This document shows positions 13,611 through 27,804 of a DNA stretch of 64,000 bases, one piece after another. Position 1 is the stretch's first letter, and each line of letters opens with the position of its first letter. The DNA comes from Bugula neritina. Taxonomy: Eukaryota; Animalia; Bryozoa. Under the pieces are notes generated by a model. That model was given only the letters and a program-made list of their open reading frames with translations, made no database searches and was not told the origin of the DNA. The DNA is taken from NCBI GenBank assembly GCA_964035545.1, contig OZ037772.1:9417150-9481149 (forward strand), in the 5' to 3' direction. The position numbers and the translations under genes were made by a program.

Positions 13611-15310
13611 ATATGTAAAATTCTAATCATTATACTGGTATGGTTAAAAAAGTAGAATACAGGACGTTTTTATAATTATTCAGCTTCCGGAAGCTTTTAG
13701 CATTTTTAGCTGTTGTGTTTTGGGTATTACCCGTACATTGGTTTGGGTATTCCCATTTCGTTAATTATAGTTCCAGTACAGTGTACAGTTTAAGTGAGAG
13801 CATATTTGCGAATCTATGCATCAACACTCAATTTTTAATTATAATACTGGTATGGTTAATGAAGTAGAATGCAAGAATATTTTATAATTACCAAGTTTTC
13901 CACAGCTCTTAGATTTTGATTAGTTTGGTTATTTCCCATGTTTTTAAATTTTACAGTTCAAAGACAGTAATGTACTGTGTATAGGTAAAAGAATTATTCA
14001 GTGACAGTGTATTTGTGAAGCTACTCTTCAACTAATAGTAGGGTCAACTGATTGTTATGGTTTCACAGTGTTTGCTTGCAAAACTTCAGCATAGCTAAAA
14101 TTATTTATTCCATTGTACTATACACTTGGGAACGTAACTCCTTATTTTAAATCACATTATTTTTAATTTCCTCACAAGCCTTTTACTAAGAATTTTCAAT
14201 GTAAAGCTTTTAATTGGAATATAGCTTTTTCTATACATGAAAATAACTGAAACTTGCAATATTTGATAGCTACTTCCACTGCTAAGTTAATTCTTTCACA
14301 AAACAAAAATAGGAAATTAAAAGCTGGTTTAGGATTTCAACTACATTTAAACTCACAAGATATATCTAAAGTTTGACCTATCATACTGGTATGGTTAAAC
14401 AACTAGAATGCAGGACATTGTTATAATTACCAAGTTTTTCACAGCTTGTGGAGGTTTTTGTTGTTTGTTTATTGCCCATTTTCTTAAATATAATTACCAA
14501 GTTTTCTGCAGCTTTTAGATTTTAATGTCGAGATTTGCGTATTGCCCATGTTTTCAATGTTTTTAAAACAGTGCAGCCTATGAAAGATTATCTAATAGTA
14601 TCAATGAGTATTATGGCTTTAATGTTTTTGCTTCGGTTATGTTTTTGCCAATGTTTAAAAATGGCCTGATAGTTTTGTTTAATAGATGTCGGGCTCTCTC
14701 CAGCAAAATAATAACCCTTCCAGTTGAGATTAATTTTACAGAAAGACTACATCAATATTGATGAAAGTTAGCCTTTGCATAAAAAAAGCAAAACTAATTC
14801 ACCCCACATTATAACTTTTTCCCCTAACAAAGACTACATATAAAAACTCGATTTGAAAATTCACCAGTACTTTCTTCAGGGGCTTGAAGATAAATCACCC
14901 CTGTTTCTCTGCAGTTACTGCTCAGTCCATGAGGCTATAATTTTGTTTAAATTTGATTAGAAAACGAATGCAACATTCAGTTTAAATTTGTTTTTTTCTT
15001 AAGCATGTTTTTTTAATCGTTGTGTTGTGCATGTCTGCAAGAATCTATTTAGTTTTGCTTTACATAAAAAGTGAAAAGCTGCAAAATTAACATACCTCTG
15101 TATAATAGCACCATACACTGTTACTGGCACCTTTTATACGGCACATAGGTAGATGCAGAACATCCGACAGTTTACTTTGAGTGACCGCAAAAATTCTGAT
15201 TGCTAGTCGTCCAGGATTTGGTAAGGCTGTTTGAGAAACTGATTTTTGAGAAGCAAGAAGAGATGTGAGTTGTCCTATCTGAGAGTAGCTGCTTGTAGAG
15301 GCACTAGTTG

Positions 15311-15376
15311 TTACTGGCACCTTTTATAGATAACATAAGCTGTTAACGCTGCCACCACAGCGCTGCCTATGTTGCC
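15311..15376 (-). CDS. Duplicate terminal exon with a shortened hydrophobic segment (GNIGSAVVAALTAYVIYKRCQ*)
   Basis: Same acceptor context and stop as 16418-16504 but with a 21-nt in-frame deletion. Confidence 0.4.
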   Translation of the reverse strand, partial: GNIGSAVVAALTAYVIYKRCQ

Positions 15377-16417
15377 CTACAACAGATAGCAATCAGCATC
15401 AATAGAATATATTACATAATACGACTTTGCTCTACTTAAGAAGCTTCCAGATAAATCTAAAAATTGGGAAAAAAATGGTCAAATTTATTAGGAGCATGGT
15501 TTCGTGTTAAACTAGAGTAACTTGATAATAAAAAAAACCTTAAAGATTTTAGAACTACATCTACATCATCTATCATTAGAACTATATTGAGGCTGTGCGT
15601 AATACAGACATGCAGTAGAGAATGAGTTCTGGCTTTGTAGAAAAACCAACCATTCTCACATCAATGTTGTTAATCTGGAGACTGTATTAAAGAGAATTAG
15701 CCAGGTCATTGGGTGGAGCTTCATGTTTGTCACACCGTCTGTTGACTCACTCAGAGTCGTGATCTGGGTAGGTAGTATACCATCAACATGCGTGGTGGTG
15801 TCAAGAAAAAGAGTAGTGAGGAGATGCTGGTAAACTGCCAGTCGAGTGTAAACTGTGACACTATATCTGAGTTTGAATCGCCAAAAACAAAGCTGACTGT
15901 GTGACCAGAGAGAGACAAAAACTACTGATGTGGATGTAACCGTATCACAGGCTAGACACTAATTGTAGAGATGCCTTTTGAGTTGTTGAGCTTTTCCGAA
16001 TGAGCGATCATGTAAATCTACAATAAGTCAAAAAAAAATTTTACTGCACATGTATATCACACAAACAGAGCATAGCATTTTATAGAACATGATGGCAGAC
16101 GATTCGTAGAAGTCTCAGCTTTACATATTATGTACGTTCACATTGCTAGCATAGGAGTGATAGCAATGATAAATGAAAATGCTTTTTGTCTCATTTACCC
16201 TGTTGATTTTAAAAAACATCTTTGTTGCCTGTTGACCATCATAAATTTGACATCAATTTATTTTGAGCACATGCAACTTAAACTTGTTTTTTTTCAACCA
16301 TTTGCATGTTCTCACTACTCAATTTGTTGTGGCTGCAAGAATATATTTATAATCTTTGCTTTACATAAAAGTAAAAGCCTGCAAATTACCTTACCTCTGT
16401 CATAGCACCATATGGTG

Positions 16418-16916
16418 TTACTGGCACCTTTTATACAGCGCATAGGCTGTCAACACAACCACACCCACCACAGTCGCTGCCACCACAGCGCTGCCTATGT
16501 TGCTCTACAACAAATAGCAATCAGCATCAATAGAATATGTTACATTATACAACTTTGCTTTTCTTAAAAATCTTTGAGAAAACTACAGATTAAGAAAAGA
16601 AAGTAGTTTAATTTAGTGGAAGCATGGTTTTGTATTAGACTAGAGTTCTAATGAAAAAGCCTTTAGGATTTTAAAACTGCAGTTCTAATAAAAAGGCCTT
16701 TAAGATTTTAAGACTGCAGTCTTACATTGTGCTGCTCTGACTGCTGTTGCTGCTCTTCACCTGCTGCTTCTCGAGCCAAGACATGGGACGCCGAATCAGG
16801 CTGTGAGACGCTTCCTCCACCAAGTAGTGGCTCTTCTGGAAGCACCGAGAGAGCTGCCTCACCCCGGCCCACTTTGTCAGACGCAGCAACTTCACTCAGA
16901 TCTCCACTATCCTCAG
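16418..16916 (-). CDS. 3' exons of an unknown putative tail-anchored membrane protein
   Basis: Exon 16916-16726 (acidic/disordered, ends phase 0 at gtaag) joins exon 16504-16418, SNIGSAVVAATVVGVVVLTAYALYKRCQ*: a ~19-aa hydrophobic run followed by KR and a stop. Possible upstream exon at 17287-17189. No start codon found. Confidence 0.5.
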
Positions 16917-19262
16917 CTATAAAAAATTGCACATAATTTATGTTAGTTTTTATAACATTCTGTTAACTTCTATAAGTTCTCATTTTATAAATTTGCAGCT
17001 GTCCAACTTCTACACAGTTTAAATAAAAGTTTATTTCCCTGTTGTATAGATTTTATTGCTTGATATGAATAATTCATAAACATAATTTGAAGCAACTAAT
17101 CTTTTATCAAACAAATGAGTGTCTTGCGTCGTTCTAACTTTTTTGATACAATATTTTCAACGCAAACTATGAAGGATATGATATTCACCTTGCTCAGGGG
17201 CTTGTAGCGCCCTCGCCCCTAGCTCCCAACGACTGCAAGAAAGCGCGAGATGCTGCTTGCGTAGAGCCCTTTTGCCTACGCTGTCGTCTAAATTTGTAAA
17301 ACATAATAAGTGGTTCTGTAGAACTCTGTTCAATAAATAATATAGGATAAATACAAGTTTTTTTAAATTTAATTCTTTATATTGCTATGCCTGATATAAT
17401 ACCTAAGTTAACTGCAAGCAAAGTTTTACTGGTTATATGAACCATGTTCATCATATACTCTCCAATTACCTTAATTGAGAATTGTTAGTTGTTTTGAAAG
17501 TGTTTTTTTATTTTAAAGAAAATAAAAAATAATATTTTTTCAGGTAAAAAATCTAAAATTTCACTTTTTAAACCCCCATTGCCTGTTTAATATAATGAAA
17601 AAAATAATTTTATTTCTTTTAGTTTGTTGGTTAGCTTAAACTTTTTATATATCAATTGCTAATAAAAAGAAGCAATTTTAAAAATAACTTACAATATTTT
17701 GCATAATATAAAAAAAATTGTATCATAAAATACTATCTAACACATGGTCGTGTAAAAACAACAACTGTTAGGGGTAGGTCAAATTTTTACCCCCTTTTTG
17801 TGACATTCACTTCTTCAGCCCCTAATATTTACCTTTAGCAAACAAATTATATTACTTCGGCATGAATTAAAAAAATTAAATAGTCATTAATTATATCAAA
17901 TTATAGCTTTTGTTCATGTTTGTTCACAAAAATATGTAAATTTTCTCATTTATTTATTTATTCATTACCAATGCATTATTTCTACAAACTACTTCTGTTA
18001 CTTGTTAGTCCATCACCATATCTGTTTGAATCATTTAAACATAATAGACTATTTTGCTATTTGTGAAGTTATAGTATTTTTTGATTTAAATAAATTATAA
18101 AAATAAAAATATAAACATATTATGATTTTTTGTTGATTATATTTAGATTATTTAAACAGCAGTTTTAAGATATTTAAAACAGTAAAATTGCACATGTAAT
18201 ATTCAATATGCTGAGCTTGACTATTATGTAATGTAGAAAAGCTATCAGCACATAAACATAATATCTTTGAATGCATATGCTATATAAAGGTGACCAACTG
18301 TTATATTTAGAAAATAATTATCATGTTTATATGACAAAAACAGAGATCGACTGCCTAAAGGGTTTGCAAACTGCAAACGGAAAAGTTTTAGAGTATAATG
18401 TGAGTGTTTATATATGTTTGTTTTCATTATATGAAATCAATCAAATTTTTCAAAATATTATATTTATAGAACCTTATTAGGTAGTTTCCTACTGAAGCAG
18501 GATAACATAATGATAAAAGTGTGCTCAATTTTTTATTTTAATTAAACTAAATTAAATTGAAATTCAATTACCAACAGTAATAATTCAGTCTGCATAAATT
18601 TCTGTGAGGGTGTGAGATAAACCGTTCCATTAGACATATCACATGGAAAGTGGCTATAGAAACAAGTGAGCATTTAGCTAGTTTATTTTACTGGCGTTAC
18701 AGAGATCCAGCATTGGTTGAGTTGTGAAAATGATAACTAAATATAATGTAGAATACTTTGTACGTTTTTTCTGCCTTTGTAATTAAATTCTGGCGAGTGC
18801 AACTTTATTCATACTGCAACTATAAAACTAATATTTAGCAATAAGTACTTGTCTTCTGACAGCTTTGCCGGCTCAAAGTTAAAAGATTCTTTGAGAAATT
18901 TAGATTGGAGAAAATCAAATAAATTTTTGTGTGTATATATAAGCATAACTATAGGCATTATTAATTTATTTACATAGAACTGAAGAATTTTAAAAGGCAG
19001 GAATTTAATCTAAAAACACAAATAAAGCATGCATGGTTAAAATGTTGAAAAAACAGTTACTTTTCTACTAAGAACATGTAGCAAATATTTTCATATAGAC
19101 CATAAGCATTTAAAATGACTTCAAAATAAAAAGTACCACAATTATGATCTAACTTTCTATTTACTGTATATGCAACAAGAGATATACAAGCAGATTCTGA
19201 AATAACTTGATTTATGTGGTACCTATAATATGTTATTATTCTTCAGTATCACAGTAGTGCCT

Positions 19263-21715
19263 TTAGTGAGGTTTATTACTTGTGTGTCCTCTCTTAAGAT
19301 GGTTAGCAAAATATTTCTTCTTTGTTGTTCTGTAGTCACATGTATTGCAAACATGTACATTTTCATCAGAGTGAGTTGCTATATGTCCTTCCATAAAGCC
19401 TCCGTTTGGTGTCTCATATCTACACAGAGGACATTTCCATTTTCCTGTTCTATTGTCTGTAGGCCCAAAATAAAAGAGTAAATTGCTTATATAACAGTTG
19501 CAACATCATATCACATTGTTTAAGAACTGCTTATAGTAAATTATATTTAATACACACACACACCCACACGCACACGCACGCGCACGCGTACACACACACG
19601 CGCACACATTCATGGACAAGCAAGAACACTGTAAAAACACCCAACACTAAAAAATAGTAGGGTCTATCATCGGAAATAGTGTTGTAACTACAAAATTACT
19701 TATACTCATTATTAATTTTATATAACTTTTATCACAACTAAATCTAGTCAGTCAACAATAAATTAGCAACTAACCAATAGTTGGGGTCAATGCAGAGACA
19801 TTGCTGGCTCTAGCCAGCGAGAATGATGGAACGGAAAAAATCTCATCTGTCTGTTGATTGGATGTTGGATTTTGCTGAATAGAAGATGGAGTCTGTGAAT
19901 GAGTTGGTTGCGTGAAGAGTCTAGGTAAAATAGAATGACTCTGATTTACTGCAGAAATATCTTCACTGCTATAGAACAGAAAACTATCTGTTTGTCTGTC
20001 TGTCTGAAAGTTTGGTAGACAAATATTTTGGTCATAAGTTGGTAGATTAAATGTCTGTAGACTTGGAGTTGGTTGTACGAAAAGTTTAGGCAAAGTAGAG
20101 TGGCTCTGAAGAACTGCAGAAGTATATTTACTCTCAGAAAACTGGACATTCTCTGCTTCTGCATTTGCCTGTAAATTTGGCAGTAAGATGTTTACGTCTT
20201 GAGTTGGTAAACTGTTTGTCAGTAAACTTGGTAAATTATAGTTTTGGTCTATGCTTGATAGATTTGATTGAGATGGTACCATGAAAATCTCGTATAAATC
20301 AAAGTCGCTTAAATTTACTAAAACAACATTGTTTCTCTCAGCATCTTGAAGGTTTTGATTTAAAGTGTCTGTCTGCAAGTTTAATGTTTCCGTATTTGGG
20401 CTAAAGACTGGCACAGTCTCAAGTGTTTGCTCTACAAAGGTGTCAGACAAAGTGAGATCACCTCCTTGTGCTGCAGGATTGCTACCAATGTCCTCACATT
20501 GAATATCTTCAGTTGTCGCACTGGTTTCTGGATCTGATGACTGAAGATTCCTTTCCCAAGTTGATGAATGAAACTCAGGTAAAGTAAATTGACTCTCATA
20601 CACCACTGCAGCACTTTCTCTATCAAGAACATGTATATCTTCTACTTCTTTGCTAAATGGTTCAGATGACTGGATTTCTTGGTAACCAGATGGCAGCTGG
20701 AAAGTGTTCTGTGTTATCACCATGTCTGCTGGAGAATCTGTTCTTTCTGGACTGTTTAAATATTGCTCTTTTAAAACTCTCACAGCTTCTGCAGTTTCTA
20801 CAAAAGAAATAAACATCCCTTTGCAACTGATACTTTTTTATAGAATGTGCATGCAGTTTTTGCACTTGTCACAAAGTTTTTAACAAACATTTCAATTTTA
20901 ATTTGTTTCTATCAATACAGATTTCAGCAACATATTATACACTGTCTTTTTATTGTCTGAAAAAATAATATTTAGTACTCTTAAACTTGCTCAAACCTTA
21001 AGTTGACATATAAATTTAGAAACATTTGAAACTTTACTTAGCAACTTTGCTACATATTAAAAAGGTAATACACTCAACAAAATTTTTTAACCCATCAAGT
21101 GTCCTAAACTACAAAGTGAACGGATAAAGGTGCACACAGATATAAGCAGTATTGATATTTTGGTAACAAATGGTCGACTGAACTACCCTAGGGAGCGTAT
21201 AAGACAACTCTGACCAGCACTGGCTAGGTTTGGGGGTGGTGGAGTGCCCTCCAATGTCAAATGTTCTTTTTTGTCCACTAAACACATTTCCCTCTAGCAA
21301 TTATACACCAGTGCATATTAATTTATTTCAAATTACTAACCAGCATCAGCTGTCACACTTTTTGAGCTGGTGTTCAGGTAAACATTTCCTTGATCTTCAT
21401 TAGAATCATGTAATGCCTGCCATAAATCTTCTATATCTAAAATGTAGATTTTGTAACTTTTAAAAACATTTTTAGCTTCTCTTATCAAAAAGTGCAGATT
21501 GTCCTGCAGATAAAATGAACTACATAAACTAATCAACTCAAATTTCTAAAGCTGGTAAATATTATGAAAAAAACAATTTATTTCCTATGCAATATAGACA
21601 TGTGCCATACTTGATCTGCATTTCAACCTTTAATACAGTAAAATATATGCACCAAATAGATTTAGGAATTTACTGAAATACATTCTCTATACGTACTTGA
21701 CATATCATCTGCCAT
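19263..21715 (-). CDS. ZF array unit 1: disordered S/T/Q-rich protein with two C2H2 fingers
   Basis: MADDMS micro-exon 21715-21697; exon ~21437-21341; large exon ~20797-19774; finger exon DNRTGKWKCPLCRYETPNGGFMEGHIATH...CNTCDYRTTKKKYFANHLKRGH...KPH*. Phase-1 introns. Confidence 0.85.
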
Positions 21716-22444
21716 CTTAAGTAAAACTCAACACTAAAAGTAAAGTGAAACTGTATAGACTTGCTGTAACACAATTTTATATGCACACACATGGGACTAG
21801 ATAAGATTAGGTAGCTTTTTCTTCAACTTCCTAAGTTACAGTATTTTGAAAAACACTGCACTTCTTTCAAAAAGCAAAAAAGCTTTGCTGTAAAAACCTT
21901 TGCATAGCCCGCTATTTTCATATTATTTTATTTCATTATACGTGTGTTAATCAAGGGGTTTTTATAACTATATACCTAAAGCTTTCATATTAAATTCTAG
22001 TAGATTCAATTAAAGATAATTTGTTTAATTGCATGCCAAATACATAAACTTTCAATTTATTCACTTGAATTCCTAATAAGATATAAGCTGGCAAATTTAT
22101 AAATTACATTTATGTTCCATCTTGATTTCTTATGCAGAAATTTTTTCTAAAACTAATGTAAGAAAAAAAAATTTTGACAGAAAGATAATTAGCACCCAAA
22201 AATCAAATAGTGTGCTCATCATGTGAATTCTTACATCAATAAGTATGAGGTATATGATAGTTTGTAAATCCATGAAAAGATTGAGCAAATTCTATGTCAT
22301 TCAAAACTTGACTGACTGCAATTTGCATTCGTTCAGCTGGCAGAGTAAAGTGACTTTGGTTTATGGCAAAAATATTCTGCTTGTATACAATTTAAAGGTT
22401 TTTGGTTTCAGTATTTGTTAGCTGACTCATTGATTGATTGGATT

Positions 22445-22660
22445 AGGGAGCAGCCGTGGTCCAAGGGTTAAATCGCTTGCTTTGTGAACACAAAGTCATG
22501 AGTTCGAACTTTGACAAAGGTTGTTGGTGATGTTAGGAAAAGCATCCATAATTGTTCCTGTGCCTCATCTGAACAAGTTCCTAGCCTGTTCTAACAAAAA
22601 CCCTTTCTATTAAGGGTTTCTCACAGGTATAGCAATTATAAACTTGCATGAGTTTTTTGT
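22445..22660 (+). mobile_element. tRNA-derived SINE, family 1
   Basis: Colinear with 1184-1404; B-box-like GAGTTCGAAC. Confidence 0.8.
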
Positions 22661-23184
22661 TTATTGATTGACTGCCATGGATTGGTTACAGGATTGTAAG
22701 TGTTGATTCAGTTACTGTGTCATTGGATATAATCTCTAGATGGCTAATTTATTCACAATTTATCTTATGTAGAAGTAAAATATTAATTTTTAAATGTCTT
22801 TAACCAGACAAGAAAATTTTCCCATCAGTGAGTTTTACATTGATAGGGGAAAAAAGTCTAAGCGAGTATTTGACCCATTTATTATAATTGGTTATATTTA
22901 ACTAAAACATATGAAACTGTAGAAATTTATTTAAAATTGGAAGTAAAAACATTCATTCTTTAAAAAAATTTATCACAGTTAAAATTGCCCGTTTGTGATG
23001 AGCTTGAGTGAATGTTTTTCTATAGACTACAAACTTTTAAAATTACCTCAAAATCAAAATTATTAGCTGCGCATTCAACTAGCTGATGCATTTCAATATG
23101 CCTACTCAGATCAGACTGACATAAACACGCAGCATGCAGTAGTCATGGAATAAATTTATTTTGATTTTGTGCACAAAATCAAAA

Positions 23185-24634
23185 TTAATCTATGCCATGA
23201 ATTCTTTGAGCATGTCTAGTAAAACGCTTTCTTGTTTCTGCTCTGTAGTCACATATATTGCAAACATAAATAGTTTTATAGGAGTGAGTTGCTATATGAT
23301 CATTCATGGTTTGTTTCTGATTTATCTCATAACTACAATGAGGGCATTTCCACTTCTCGGTTCTCAAATCTGTAAGCCCAAAGCAAGAGAGATACTGGCA
23401 GTATAGTTTATATATAGAGTGCAAAAGCAGAATTTATTGTTTCAAAGCTGTTTATATTAATTTACATTCACACACATGCACAGACACTCAGACACAAAGT
23501 GAGAGAGCCAGAGAGGCAGAGAGAGAAAGAGGGAAAAAAGAAAGAGAGAGAAACACACTCTTGAATAGACAAACATGCACAGAGTTTAAACACTCAAAAC
23601 TATTGAAAAATTAAGATGTGTAACTATGGAAAATGCTTTACAAGCACAAAATTGGTTATACTAATAGCAAATTGTATCCTACATTGAATGCAACCTATGT
23701 AGTCAAGTAAGAAATAATTGATAATTACTTACAATAATCTAGAGAAGAGTCAGCGTCAATAATAACTTCAGACCTTGAGGTTGATGGAGTGGAGTGAATC
23801 TCATCTATCTGTTGATTGGATGTTAGATTTTGCTGAGTACAAGATGGAGTCTGTGAATAAGTTATTGGTGTAAAAAGTCTAGACGAAGTAGAGTGGCTTT
23901 GATTCACTGCAGAAGTATTTTCACTGTCAAAAAGCTGAACACTTTCTGCTTTTGTGTTTTGTTGTATATTAGATGAATGAACATTTTGGTTATAAGTTGG
24001 TAAGTTGTATGTCTGTAGATATGGTAGGGGATAGCTTTGGTCTATAACTGATGAATTCAATTCATATGGTGGAAATTGAAAGTTCTCATTCAACTCTTGT
24101 GTTTGTGGATTTAGTGGCTGCTCATTTTGGCCACATACTAGTGAGGTTCCAAAGATTTGATTGACAGAGGGTTCAGTCAATCGGCCTCCATGTACCGCAC
24201 AATTGCTAATGATGTCAACACGTTGCATATCTTGATTTCTTGTACTGGTCTGTTGATCTGAGGACAAAATACTCTGTTCATAAATTCGAGAATGAAACTC
24301 GGGTGAAGTGAAGCGCTGGAATTGAGACACAGTGGCATCAATTTCTTCGCCAAGAGATTGATATCTCTCTCTTGCACATCCTTCATTTAAAATGCCTACA
24401 GTAACGTGTAAGAACACTTTTTGGCTCTTTTTTAAAATATAAAATCTACTGGCAATTATACCTCTACATTATAAGTTAAAAAATGTAATCAATTCAATTA
24501 GCGAAACAGGGGGAAAAATAACCTTTACTACTTTATAGCACCAGAACTAAAAATTGGTAAAATATGCATCACATTATTCTAAGAATTTAGTAGAAGAAAG
24601 TCACTCTATACTTACTTGACATTCTATCTGCCAT
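23185..24634 (-). CDS. ZF array unit 2 (two C2H2 fingers)
   Basis: MADRMS micro-exon; a single fused middle exon ~24395-23732; finger exon WKCPHCSYEINQKQTMNDHIATH...CNICDYRAETRKRFTRHAQRIH. Confidence 0.85.
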
Positions 24635-25475
24635 CTCAAGTACAACTCAACACTAAAAGTACAATGTAACTAAAAAGAAATGCTGTAACACAGCGTTGTC
24701 TGCACTTTGAAAACAATATTGTAAATTGTAATTATATTTTCATGTAAATATTTTACCATCTAGTGAAAATCTGCCAAACAAAGAGAAGCTATTGTAAAAG
24801 CCAGCTTTTATCAAACCATTTCATTCATACACATGCTAAAGCTTTTGTGATGTTTGTAAGTATTGGGCTGGTTCACATTGCTAGAGCTTCAAAACACCAG
24901 TGTAGTTGTGAAAATGATAACTGAAAATAACATTCCATCCATTTTGTTCTTTTTGATGCCTTTTTATGTATACAGAAGAAGTTTTAAAAATTGTATATTA
25001 TCCTAAAACGATTATTGCATTAATAATATATGTCCCCTGACAACTTAGACAACTCCAAAATACAAGCTTCTTTAGGTAATGGGAGCTGAAGATAATCTAA
25101 TAGATAAGTATTGTGTTGACTATGAGCAATCTTTGATGTGTTTAAACATGTTTTCTATAATTAATGTTTTGAAGAAACAAAAGGTTATAGTAGCTATAAG
25201 AATACACTTATAAAATGGAATGCAAAATACAAGTTAAAAACAGTTGATATCACTTTTCTACTATAATGAACATGCAGTGATTGTTTTTTATAGACCAGAA
25301 ACAATCAAAATGGCTTCAAAATAATAAAATCTTACAACACTAAATTCACATGTATAGTCTAATATGATGGCTTGAAATTTAGAAAAGTTACATTTTCTTC
25401 TTTCACTGATGAGCTTTAAGATGTTTCTTTACATGGTATACTTCTGTGAATATTATATTTACCACAGTGGTTACA

Positions 25476-27804
25476 TTAGTTAGGTTGATTTCCACCATGA
25501 CAGTTCATAGTATGTCTTGTCAGGCACCATCCTCTATTTGTTCTGTAGTCACATTTATCACAAACATGGATTTTTCTAGAAGAGTGAGACTTTATATGAC
25601 GATCCATGTAACTTATCTGCCTTACTTCATTGTTACAGTGAGGGCACTTCCATTTCTTATTTGTACTGTCTTCAAAATCAAAATCAGAAAAAGGCTTGCG
25701 GTAATTTATATAGAAGTTGCGAAATTTGCTAAGTTGTTCTATATAGACACATATGAAAAGCTAAAATTGCACAAGCACACACAAAGAAGTAGAATATGCA
25801 CCAAGGAAAACTTTTGAAGTGTAATTTGCCTTTTGATCTAAATAGTTGTTTTTAATTATTATAATAATTATATATATATATGCATTTTTATTGGCACTCT
25901 ACGGTCAGTGCGTATAGGAAGTTGATAACTTACTCTTACTCAAAGTTGAAGCTAAAGCAGAGAAATCAATTGGTAGACGCTGTGAAGTTGATGGAGTGGA
26001 GTGAATCTCATCTGTTTGTTGATTGGATGTTAGATTTTGCTGAGTATAAGATGAAGCCTGTGAATGAGTTACAGGTGTAGAAAATCTAGACAGAGTAGAG
26101 TGTATTTTGAGATTTGCTGTAGCATTATATTCACGGCCATAATATTGAACCTGCTCTGCTTTTGTGTCTTCCTGTAAACTTGGAATTGGGACATTTTGGT
26201 TTTGAGTTGATAAATATCCTGTCTGTAGGTTCGGTAAAGAACATTTGTGGTCTACGATTGGCAAATGCAATTCAGATGGTACCATAAAAATCTCAGGTAA
26301 GTTAGAGTCACTAGAGTTTACTAAAATAGGATTAATTTCCTTAGCAACTTGAAAATTTTTATTTAATGTGTCTGTCTGTAAATTCAATGTTTGATTGTTT
26401 GGGCTAGACACAGGTGCAGTCTCAAGTGTTTGCTCAACTGAAGTTTCAGGTAGCATAAAATTGCCTTCCTGTAGTGCACAACTGCTGATATTGTCAGTTC
26501 TTGTGCTGATCTGTAGATTTAATGACTGAATATTTTGTTCATAAACTGGTGAATGAAACTCGGGTGAAGTGAATTGACTCTCATACACCACAGCAGCACT
26601 TTCTCTATCACGAACATGTATATCTTCTACTTCTGTGCTTAAGGGTTCAGATGACTGAATTTCCTGGTAACCAGGTGGCAGCTGGAAAGTGTTCTGAGAC
26701 ATTAACATGTTTGTTAGAGAATGTGTTCTTTCTGGACTGTTTAAATATTGCTCTTTTGGAACTCTTACTGCTTCTGCAGTCTCTACAAACAAAATAAAGA
26801 CGCCTTCACAAATTATATATTTTGATACAACTCGGTTCAATTTTTGCAATTATAGTACCAAAGTTTCAACTTTACTTTATATCATCAATACAGATGAAAA
26901 CAACATATATGTGGTCTCTTCCGAGTCTCAAATCATTTATTTAAAAGCTCTAAACTTTTAAATTCTAGCATTTATAAACTGTCATGCAAACCTCAAACAA
27001 TGCAAAGCTTTATTCTCAGTGAGAATACAAATTATGAATTTTTAAATTTTGTTTTGAATTATTTAGCAAGCTGATAAATTCAATAAAATCTACCAACAAT
27101 CAGCTGTTCATTTTCAAAGATAAATATTTCAAACTATATTTACTATTCCTTATTGTTTTCATTACAAAGCTTAGATACATCTGGGCCTACTCTTTTAATG
27201 ACCTTTAAGTTATAGTAAAATAAAATAAAACTACACCATGCCAGAATGCAGAAAAAATTCTCTATATAATAATATAGTATTCTAATGTATATAGTTGTCC
27301 ATATAAGTCTATTCAGCACTACTAATTACCAGCATCACTCATTCTACTTCCTGGGTCGGTGCTCAGTTCGATGTTTCTGAGATCTTCATTCGAATGATAT
27401 TTCTTTCTTGGCCAATCTTCATCTGAAATGTAAATTATAGTGTTCAGGGATATTTTTTGGTTTTCTTTATCAAAAATTATGAAAAAAATTGCCCCCAATC
27501 AAAATCAAACCCGAAGCCTCTGGCTTGCAAGCAAGTGTGCTAACAATTGCACCACCGGGACCACTGGGTAAACTTATCACTACAAATTATTAGCTATAGT
27601 GACTTAATTAATAGAACTGAACTAATAATGGTTCCAATTTCCAAGACCTGTTAAATGTTATCACATAAAATAACTTTTGTCATTGTGCACCATGAAAGCT
27701 GAAGTCAAACATTTCCTACAGCAAAATTGTATTTGTTACAAATTACTATAATAAGAATTTACTAAGACAGAGTCACTCTACTTACTTGACTTTTTATCTG
27801 CCAT
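25476..27804 (-). CDS. ZF array unit 3 (two C2H2 fingers)
   Basis: MADKKS micro-exon; exon ~27422-27330; large exon ~26782-25935; finger exon WKCPHCNNEVRQISYMDRHIKSH...CDKCDYRTNRGWCLTRHTMNCH...QPN*. Confidence 0.85.
27487..27570 (-). mobile_element. tRNA-Ala-derived SINE-like repeat, family 2 (intronic)
   Basis: Similar to 5530-5615 (cctctggcttgcaagca...ctaacaattgc). Confidence 0.6.

Larger units (their letters stand above)
7632..17824. mobile_element. Putative ~10.2-kb non-autonomous TIR DNA element carrying exon cargo
   Basis: Left end TAGGGTTTGCTGAAGTGAATGTCACAAAAA (7632-7661) versus reverse complement of the right end TAGGGGCTGAAGAAGTGAATGTCACAAAAA (17795-17824): 26/30 identical. No transposase ORF seen inside. 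No TSD beyond the terminal TA. Confidence 0.6.

Noticed and set aside
21060-21312. GC-richer intronic patch as a DNA transposon fragment
   Set aside because: No paired TIR, TSD or second copy could be identified.
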